A stretch of DNA of 64,000 nt, taken from positions 167,065-231,064 of the forward strand of contig CANDNA010000001.1 in assembly GCA_947385955.1 (NCBI GenBank), written 5' to 3'. The DNA comes from an uncultured Clostridia bacterium (lineage in GTDB: Bacteria; Bacillota; Clostridia; Lachnospirales; Lachnospiraceae). The notes beneath the pieces are model-generated. The model was not told the origin of the DNA. It saw only the letters and a list, made by a program, of their open reading frames with translations, and searched no databases. Shown piece after piece: positions 55,230-62,525 of this stretch. Position numbers and translations under genes: made by a program. Position 1 is the stretch's first letter, and the number at the start of each line of letters is the position of its first letter.

Positions 55230-56370
55230 TCTGTCTTTCTCTTTCCATTCTTTTAAAGTCTAATATAATATCCTTTGCCATAAAAACAGGAATTGATTTA
55301 AAATATTTAATCAATTCAGCTAACTTTTCATTTTCAATCTCATTTCGAGAATCTCCTTTTTCAACAAGTTCAACATACCCTCTATATTTCTCATTCATTA
55401 CATTTGAGTACATACTTGTATCAAAAAGAGAATTTACCAAACAGTCATAGGAATATTCTGATAAATTTTCTACCTGAATATTCTTCTCCAGATCATAAAC
55501 CACCGCCGACTCTATTGATGACACAACAAACGGAGAATGTGTTGCTACAATAAATTGCAAATTAGGGAAAATCTTTATTAAAAAAGGAAGAACCCTTTTT
55601 TGCCAGGAAATATGCAAATGTAATTCTATCTCATCTATTAAAACGATACCTGGTAAATCATATTTTAAATGAGCCTGATGTTCCATCCGTATTACTATTT
55701 CAGAAAAAATATGAAAAAGAGCTTCATAACCGCTTGCCATTTCATCCAAGCAAAACACTTCTCTATCTGGTAATTTAATCTTGAAACACATATCTTCCAA
55801 TGATAAGTCGAGTCGCAACTGCATATTTTCAAATAATTCTCTTAAGGCATTTTGTAGCCAATCAAACCACCTTTCAATATCTTCAACTCTTTCTTTTTCC
55901 CCTTTTTCCTTTGCTATCAATTTTTCAAAATATAAATATATCAACAACTGTCCAAATAAATAATTCATTTTTTCTGTAGGCATCTTTACTGCACTTATAT
56001 CTACAACCTCAACTGCCCTTGATTTACTTATTTCAAACTTTCTATCAGAAGGAAAATATATCTGCACAAACTCTCCCTTTTCATACAATTGATACATTTC
56101 TTTACCATCAATATCTTTTGATAAACTATTACATATTTTTAGTTTATCTGAAGAAATGCCAAAATCAAATTGTCTCCATGTTGAACCGGCAAATCCCCAC
56201 TCATGAATCCCTATTTGACTGCTAATTGCATTAAGCAATGTTGTTTTTCCACATCCATTAACTCCCGTAAGTATTAAGTGTTTCAACTTATCTCTGGATA
56301 ATTTTATTTTAATATTCTTCAAGTGCCTCACTTGCAAAACATCTATCTCTGTTAAAAATATATGTTCCAC
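55222..56370 (-). CDS. ABC/SMC-type ATPase (AAA_21/AAA_15-like, PtuA/AriA/OLD N-terminal class), 382 aa
   Basis: Walker A GVNGCGKTT. Q-loop / signature-like MASGYEALF. Walker B IVLIDEIELHLH. H-loop ATHSPF. Confidence 0.75.
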   Translation of the reverse strand: MEHIFLTEIDVLQVRHLKNIKIKLSRDKLKHLILTGVNGCGKTTLLNAISSQIGIHEWGFAGSTWRQFDFGISSDKLKICNSLSKDIDGKEMYQLYEKGEFVQIYFPSDRKFEISKSRAVEVVDISAVKMPTEKMNYLFGQLLIYLYFEKLIAKEKGEKERVEDIERWFDWLQNALRELFENMQLRLDLSLEDMCFKIKLPDREVFCLDEMASGYEALFHIFSEIVIRMEHQAHLKYDLPGIVLIDEIELHLHISWQKRVLPFLIKIFPNLQFIVATHSPFVVSSIESAVVYDLEKNIQVENLSEYSYDCLVNSLFDTSMYSNVMNEKYRGYVELVEKGDSRNEIENEKLAELIKYFKSIPVFMAKDIILDFKRMERERQNG

Positions 56371-56431
56371 TCTGACCTACTTCTTTGATTCCAATCTTCA
56401 TTATCTTAATTTACATATAATAAGCCAAAAG

Positions 56432-57733
56432 CTATAAAGTTTCTTCTTCAATTACCCATTGTCCGTTTTTCTTAGAACCTATTCTTTTTATAATGCCCTT
56501 TTCTCTTAAAGTACGAATATGTTTTGTAACCGTCGTCACTCCAACTCCTATTTGTCTACTAATTTCATGTACTGTAATATTACTGTTCGCTTTCATCCGG
56601 CTTAATATTTTCTTATCACATTCATTCAATACAATCCTCTTCTTCTTTTGTAAATCTCTTTCCACTACTTTACCTTTGTTTAATGGAATTGTTACTGTAA
56701 TAAAATTCTCTGTAATATCAAATACTTCTTTTCCATATTTAGATACAATTAAAGGCACGCCATGCCCTGTCTGCTCTATATAATCCAACTGAACCATAAT
56801 CTGCTGGAGTTCAAGATTCACAGGTTTACTTTTCCCCTCATAAAATTCCTCCAGTGTAAGTCCCTCTGGTAATCCTCCCACCGATATAACCTCAATGCGA
56901 TCTTCAAACATATACACGGCTGGCGGTGTCTGTCTTGACCAACGATTGTGCAAACAAGCATTTAACCATGCCTCTCTAAAGCATGGAAAATCAAACAGTT
57001 TGCTCTCCTTTCTAAGGCTGCCACCTACATCCACTATGGTATCATTTAGCGCTTCCATATAGTCTAACACCTGCTTTACAGCTACAAGTATACATTTATA
57101 ACCGTATTCATTCCTCCTAATCAAATCTGTCTTATCTGTGCCACGAAATACCGCAACTTTAATAGAATAACTATTAATATCTGCCAGAATAGCCGCCATT
57201 AAATTGTAAGTTCCGTCACGTGTCAAAAGATTTAAGTTCTGCTTAAACGTATTTTCCCGAAGCGTAAGATTATTTCCGGCATATAACATCTTAAGTTGCT
57301 CAAAACTTAACTCTTGATTATTCGCTTCAATATTTACGATAGAATCTGATACGCTAAGCATCAGATTGCGTAACTGCTGTGGCGATATTTCCCTGTCCTC
57401 GTCCGCCGATCTCATATAATACTTTCCATATGCCGAATAAGGTTTTTCATCTCCTTCTACAGTAACTCTAATTACATTTTTATCATCACATAGTTCCATA
57501 ATAATTGTCGGAATAACTTGTGGTTTAATCGCATTCGCAATTCCCTGAGATATTTCACGTAATGTACGATCACCAATTTGCTGGCCTAAAATTTCACCAT
57601 CATTTCTTACTCCAAAATACAATGTACCTTTTCCATTTTTATTTAACATAGAAGCCAATGAAATAACGCCTTCCTTCAATTCTCCAGTCGTTTTTTTAAA
57701 CTCTATCAGCTCTGTTTCCATACCGAAATTCAT
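56432..57733 (-). CDS. AlbA_2 (Schlafen-like 'divergent AAA') domain protein with HATPase_c_4-like middle region and C-terminal winged HTH, 433 aa
   Basis: N-terminus LIEFKKTTGELKEGVISLASMLNKNGKGTLYFGVRNDGEILG is the classic AlbA_2 motif. C-terminal HTH NITVHEISRQIGVGVTTVTKHIRTLREKGII. Confidence 0.65.
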   Translation of the reverse strand: MNFGMETELIEFKKTTGELKEGVISLASMLNKNGKGTLYFGVRNDGEILGQQIGDRTLREISQGIANAIKPQVIPTIIMELCDDKNVIRVTVEGDEKPYSAYGKYYMRSADEDREISPQQLRNLMLSVSDSIVNIEANNQELSFEQLKMLYAGNNLTLRENTFKQNLNLLTRDGTYNLMAAILADINSYSIKVAVFRGTDKTDLIRRNEYGYKCILVAVKQVLDYMEALNDTIVDVGGSLRKESKLFDFPCFREAWLNACLHNRWSRQTPPAVYMFEDRIEVISVGGLPEGLTLEEFYEGKSKPVNLELQQIMVQLDYIEQTGHGVPLIVSKYGKEVFDITENFITVTIPLNKGKVVERDLQKKKRIVLNECDKKILSRMKANSNITVHEISRQIGVGVTTVTKHIRTLREKGIIKRIGSKKNGQWVIEEETL

Positions 57734-57855
57734 AATATCACTCCTTCCATATTTATTATATCCTTTTTTATTATTTTAATCAACACTTATTAGACACTTT
57801 ATTCAGCGCCTATGTGATAAATAAAGTGTCTATTAACTCAAAAAACCACTCCATT

Positions 57856-59607
57856 CTACCTTGGCAGACTCCCCTCCACACACAACGACCCATACCCCAC
57901 CATCTCATTCGGAAATTCCGCAAACCCCGGCAGTGCTTTCGCACCCTTCTGCAGATATGCCTTCACTTTCTGTCCATACAGGTATGCATCATTTCCCTTC
58001 ACGATGCCCCATTCCATCAGCAGGGAAGAAGCGCCGGTTACGAACGGCGTCGCAAAGGAAGTGCCCGTTACTGCTTCCCGTCCGCCGCCTGCCGCTGCCG
58101 TTACGATTCCCACGCCCGGTGCCGCCAGGTCCGGTTTGCTCTGTATGATTCCCAGCCGTTCTCCCGCATCCGCCGCAAAGAAATATCCCCTGCCGGAAAA
58201 GTCTGCATAGGCCAGATCGGTTGTACGATAGGCGCCTACGGTAATGGCCCTGGAAGCTGTGGACGGAATGGTCAGCGTGGTATCCGGTGTGGCCCGGTAA
58301 AACCCGGTGCTCTCCCCGATGGCTGCCTGGCTGGGAAGGTACATGCTGAAATTGCCCGTCACGATACGGACCGGCTCCAGTGTAAAAGACCAGATTCCAC
58401 TGCTTACATATCTGTCCATCGGCAGGAAATCCAGATAAATCTCCTGCTGGGAGGAATATGGTACGGGCTCGCCGATATACAAAAGCACCTCTGTCCCTTC
58501 CATCGGAATACGGCGCATCCGTTCCCCGCCCGGATCATCCGTGGAAAATAAAGTGCTCCGTCCTCCCGGCGATGTCAGTGTGATGCGGAAAGTATCCGCA
58601 TAGTTTTTCCAGAGCTGTACACTGAATGCACTCTCGTAGCTTCCCACAGCCAGCTCCACCTTTGTGGACTCCAGCGCATTGCCTGCCATATGTCCTCTGG
58701 CCGCCCCTTCATTTCCGCTTCCCACACAGATCACACACCTGCCCACCTCAGATGCATTGTCCAGAAAGCGTTCCAGAAGGGAAGTCCCGTCATGGGAGCC
58801 ATAAGTATTGCCGAAACTGATGTTAATTGCTATGGGTTTTTGGAGAAGCAGCGCCTTTTTCACCAGATAGGTAACGGCCCGCATCAGTTCTGTAGTTCGG
58901 GGAAAAGAATCTCTGGCCGGTGTTCCCAGCCTGATGATCAGCAGTTCACTTTCCGGGGCCACCCCTTCTTTCCCCGCCGCAATACCGGCCACTGCCGTTC
59001 CATGCCCGCTGATATCCCGCACCGGCAGGCTTCTTTCCACAGCACCGTTTTCCTCCTCTGCCAGAGCGGTATTGATCTGCTCTGCAGTAAATTCCACTCC
59101 CGTCAGGAATCCTTCCGGCGGTTCCCATCCCTTCTCTGCATCCGGCACAAGGCTCTGATCCCAGATGGCCGCGATCTTCGTACTCCCGTCCGCATTCCTG
59201 AAATCCGGATGACGGTAGTCGATTCCCGAATCCGCAATACCGATCAACACCCCTCTGCCGCTCAGATAAGGAGGCCGTATGGTAACAGGCAGGATACAGG
59301 ATGCCTGCTTCCCTGCAAATACCTGAAAATACAGCCGTTTCGGCTTTTCCACATATTCAATCTCTTCTATTTCTGACAGAATTGCCATTTGGCTCTCCGG
59401 TACTGTCAGGATGGCATACCCTGCCAGCAACGGTTCCACCACGATGGAAAGCTCTTCCAAAAAAAGGAGGTCACCGTGATATTTCACGATGACCTCCCAG
59501 GTCCTGTCCTGCGGATCAAATCCAACCTCCAGGATTCCCGATTTTTCCCGTTCCTCCGGCGTTGCTTCCAGCGCCGCATTCAACAACAGTTCTAACTTTT
59601 CCGACAT
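57856..59607 (-). CDS. Subtilisin-like serine peptidase S8, Csp-type (germination-protease-like) architecture, 583 aa
   Basis: Catalytic Ser motif GTSFATPFVTGASSLL. His motif HGTAVAGIAAG. Asp region GIADSGIDYRHPDF. N-terminal WEVIVKYHGDL-type prodomain as in Csp proteases. The last 12 codons lie in the island's right direct repeat. Confidence 0.75.
   Translation of the reverse strand: MSEKLELLLNAALEATPEEREKSGILEVGFDPQDRTWEVIVKYHGDLLFLEELSIVVEPLLAGYAILTVPESQMAILSEIEEIEYVEKPKRLYFQVFAGKQASCILPVTIRPPYLSGRGVLIGIADSGIDYRHPDFRNADGSTKIAAIWDQSLVPDAEKGWEPPEGFLTGVEFTAEQINTALAEEENGAVERSLPVRDISGHGTAVAGIAAGKEGVAPESELLIIRLGTPARDSFPRTTELMRAVTYLVKKALLLQKPIAINISFGNTYGSHDGTSLLERFLDNASEVGRCVICVGSGNEGAARGHMAGNALESTKVELAVGSYESAFSVQLWKNYADTFRITLTSPGGRSTLFSTDDPGGERMRRIPMEGTEVLLYIGEPVPYSSQQEIYLDFLPMDRYVSSGIWSFTLEPVRIVTGNFSMYLPSQAAIGESTGFYRATPDTTLTIPSTASRAITVGAYRTTDLAYADFSGRGYFFAADAGERLGIIQSKPDLAAPGVGIVTAAAGGGREAVTGTSFATPFVTGASSLLMEWGIVKGNDAYLYGQKVKAYLQKGAKALPGFAEFPNEMVGYGSLCVEGSLPR
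57863..57898. repeat. Right 36-bp direct repeat (attR-like), forming the true 3' end of the S8 peptidase gene
   Basis: Identical 36/36 to 54360-54395. Confidence 0.85.
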
Positions 59608-59698
59608 AACTTTCCTGTCTCTTTTTGATCAGAATATGCATCATTTTCTGCAGCGTTCAGGTAAGCCTTACCGGATCCCCCGTTTATGCTCCGGCATC

Positions 59699-61819
59699 TT
59701 ACTTTGTCAGCAGCAGCATAATCTCATTGCTTCTTGCCACAAATTTTGCCATTGCTTCCGGTTCCAGCGGCGCATGCTGCAGCATAGCCAGATCGTAAAG
59801 CTGCTCGCACATCATCTTCACATGATCTCCGTCCTGATGCTCCAGCACATATTTTACAAGCGGATGGCTGCTGTTCAGAATCAGTGTTTCGCCTTCCCTG
59901 CCGCCGAACATATTGGCATCCATGCCAGGCATTGCATACATCTTCATCATATCCTGCATCCGTCTGCTTTCCTCGGACAACGTAATCATGGAAGAAATCT
60001 TTTTATTTTTCAGCTTCTCCACCGTTACCTTCAGGCCGTCCTTTTTCAAAGCCTTTTTAAACAGCTTACCGATGGACTCTGCCTGCTCTTCCATCTCTTT
60101 GGCCGCCTTTTTGCCGGTTTTCGCTTTAAAGGTATCCGTCAGATCCGCGTCAATCCTCTGGAACTTGATTCCTTCATTCTTCGTTTCCAACTGTGAAATA
60201 AAAGGCTGGTCAATATTGTGGGTCAGAATCACCGCATCCATACCTGCTGCCTTGAACATCCGGATATACTGTCCCTGCTGCTGCTCATCGGTTACATAAT
60301 AGATGACCTTTTCTTTCTGCTCTTCTTCTGACTCTTCCTCTTCTTCTCCATCCTCCGAAACAATTTCTGCTTCTACCGTTTCTCCGTTTTCATCGGTTGC
60401 CGTGCCGGCAGCAGCCTCTTCTTCTGTTTCCTGCTCTGCATTTTCTGCGCCGCTTTCGCCGCCTTCCTCAGAAACTGCCTCCGGATCGGACTTGCTTACC
60501 TGCAGGCACTCCGGCAATGTCAGATAGTTACCCTCCAGATTTTTAAACAGAATATAATCTGTCATCTTCTCACAGAATTTATCATCTTTCAGGCATCCAA
60601 ACTTGATAAAGGGACTGATGTCATCCCAGTATTTCTCATATTCTTCTTTTTCCGTCTTGCACATGCCGGACAGTTTGTCCGCCACCTTTTTGGAAATATA
60701 GTCCGATATCTTTCTGACAAAGCCGTCATTCTGCAGCGCACTTCTGGACACATTCAAAGGCAGATCCGGACAGTCGATCACACCTTTCAGCAGCAGCAAA
60801 AACTCCGGAATCACTTCCTTGATATTGTCCGCAATAAATACCTGATTGTTGTACAGCTTGATGGTTCCTTCTATGGACTCATATTCCATATTGATTTTGG
60901 GGAAATACAAAATCCCCTTTAAATTAAACGGATAGTCCATATTCAGATGAATCCAGAACAACGGCTCCTTATAATCCAGAAATACCTTCCGGTAAAATTC
61001 CAGATATTCTTCCCTGGTACACTCATTCGGATGTTTTGCCCAGAGAGGATTGGTGTCATTCATCAGCTCAGGCCGTTTTCTGATTTTGAGTCTGACCGGG
61101 TCTTCCTCTTTCTCCGGCTGCATCGTTTCCACTACCGTATCACTGTCCAGCTTTTCATCCTCATTGATTGTCTGGGTATCCTGTGTATCCGCCTTGGACA
61201 GGTAAATCTCCGTGGGCATAAAAGAACAGTATTTTTGAATAATGCCTCTTGCCTCATACTCATTGCAGAATTTCAGACAGTCTTCATTGATAAACAGAGT
61301 GATCTTCGTACCAACCTGATCCCTCTCACCCTCATCCATCGTAAACTGGGTACCGCCGTCGCATTCCCAGTGTACAGGCTTCGCTCCCTCTTTCCAGGAA
61401 AGGGTATCAATATGCACTTCATCCGCCACCATAAATGCAGAATAAAAGCCCAGGCCAAAATGTCCTATAATCTGATCCTCGTTGGTCTTATCCTTGTATT
61501 TCTCAATAAAATCCGCTGCCCCGGAAAACGCGATCTGGTTGATGTATTCCTCCACTTCATCTGCGGTCATCCCCAGCCCATTGTCCACAAAAGTCAGCGT
61601 TTTCTTCTCCGGACTTACTATCACATCCACTCTGGCCCGATAGTCCGCAGGCAGAGCATACTCTCCCATCATGTCCAGTTTCTTTAATTTGGTAATGGCA
61701 TCACAGCCGTTGGAAATCAGCTCCCGGAAAAAAATATCATGGTCAGAATATAACCACTTTTTAATAATCGGGAATATGTTATCGCTGTTAATTGACAGAT
61801 TGCCTTGTCTTGCTGCCAT
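59699..61819 (-). CDS. htpG: Molecular chaperone HtpG (Hsp90)
   Basis: N-terminal GHKL motifs (ELISNGCDA, DNGLGMT, GHFGLGFYSAFMVAD). Charged linker, middle and C-terminal domains. Length 706 aa. Confidence 0.9.
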   Translation of the reverse strand: MAARQGNLSINSDNIFPIIKKWLYSDHDIFFRELISNGCDAITKLKKLDMMGEYALPADYRARVDVIVSPEKKTLTFVDNGLGMTADEVEEYINQIAFSGAADFIEKYKDKTNEDQIIGHFGLGFYSAFMVADEVHIDTLSWKEGAKPVHWECDGGTQFTMDEGERDQVGTKITLFINEDCLKFCNEYEARGIIQKYCSFMPTEIYLSKADTQDTQTINEDEKLDSDTVVETMQPEKEEDPVRLKIRKRPELMNDTNPLWAKHPNECTREEYLEFYRKVFLDYKEPLFWIHLNMDYPFNLKGILYFPKINMEYESIEGTIKLYNNQVFIADNIKEVIPEFLLLLKGVIDCPDLPLNVSRSALQNDGFVRKISDYISKKVADKLSGMCKTEKEEYEKYWDDISPFIKFGCLKDDKFCEKMTDYILFKNLEGNYLTLPECLQVSKSDPEAVSEEGGESGAENAEQETEEEAAAGTATDENGETVEAEIVSEDGEEEEESEEEQKEKVIYYVTDEQQQGQYIRMFKAAGMDAVILTHNIDQPFISQLETKNEGIKFQRIDADLTDTFKAKTGKKAAKEMEEQAESIGKLFKKALKKDGLKVTVEKLKNKKISSMITLSEESRRMQDMMKMYAMPGMDANMFGGREGETLILNSSHPLVKYVLEHQDGDHVKMMCEQLYDLAMLQHAPLEPEAMAKFVARSNEIMLLLTK

Positions 61820-61886
61820 ATTTCTTTCACATCCTTTCTACTTATCTTCGATTGTAAGTCCCTCTGACCCAGAAGTCAAGAAAAAA

Positions 61887-61913
61887 TTAGCACTCATTCA
61901 AAATGAGTGCTAA
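61887..61913. promoter_or_regulatory. CIRCE operator (HrcA binding site) TTAGCACTC-N9-GAGTGCTAA upstream of htpG
   Basis: Exact match to the CIRCE consensus: TTAGCACTCattcaaaatGAGTGCTAA, 68-94 nt upstream of the htpG start codon. Confidence 0.85.
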
Positions 61914-61971
61914 TAATGTAAAAAAAGTATTGAATTTACGGCAAATTCTCATTTCTAAAATTTTTGTAAAC

Positions 61972-62514
61972 TTACTGCAAGCCGCCTTTCAGCGCTGTCT
62001 GCGGCAAACCAATCTGACTCCGCGGGCCGTCCACCTTCTCATACTTTAAAAATACATATTCCAGATCAAAATAGGTCTGTTCCTCACTGTCCTGTGTGAT
62101 CTGCCACTGCGGCATCTGATCCAGATTGGGAAAATAGCTGTCTGCCTCATAGCTGCGGTTGATCTTCGTAATATGTGCCGTATCACAGTAGGGAAGAAGC
62201 TGTTGATAAATGCTTTCACCGCCTACAATATAGATATCCTCCGAATCATATCGTTTCAGTTCTTCTCCCAGCTCTTTCAGGGAATGGACCACAAGCCCGT
62301 TTTTCACCTGCAGCTTTGTATCCCGTGATAAAATAATATTTTTGCGGCCCTGCAGAGGCATCCCCTGGGGAAATGTCTGAAGCGTCCGATGGCCCAGCAC
62401 GATCACCTTTCCCATCGTTTCTTCCCTGAAAAATTTCTGATCATTGGGAATCCGCACAAGAAGTTCATTTCTGTTGCCGATCGCCCAGTTATTGTCTACT
62501 GCAGCAATGATATT
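61972..62514 (-). CDS. folA: Dihydrofolate reductase
   Basis: MNIIAAVDNNWAIGNRNELLVRIPNDQKFFREETMGKVIVLGHRTLQTFP... is the canonical DHFR N-terminus and Gly-rich loop. About 180 aa. Start chosen at MNII. Confidence 0.85.
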   Translation of the reverse strand, partial: NIIAAVDNNWAIGNRNELLVRIPNDQKFFREETMGKVIVLGHRTLQTFPQGMPLQGRKNIILSRDTKLQVKNGLVVHSLKELGEELKRYDSEDIYIVGGESIYQQLLPYCDTAHITKINRSYEADSYFPNLDQMPQWQITQDSEEQTYFDLEYVFLKYEKVDGPRSQIGLPQTALKGGLQ

Positions 62515-62525
62515 CATGCCTTTTC

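Larger units (their letters stand above)
54396..57862. mobile_element. ~3.5-kb low-GC genomic island (integrase-less integrated element or remnant) inserted at the 3' end of the S8 subtilase gene. Carries an ATPase + HNH pair and an AlbA_2/wHTH gene.
   Basis: Flanked by perfect 36-bp direct repeats. Each repeat is preceded by a similar AT-rich hairpin (NNCACTTTATT...AATAAAGTGNN). GC is ~30% against a ~58% background, and codon usage is very AT-rich. No integrase, transposase or terminal inverted repeats were seen. Confidence 0.6.
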
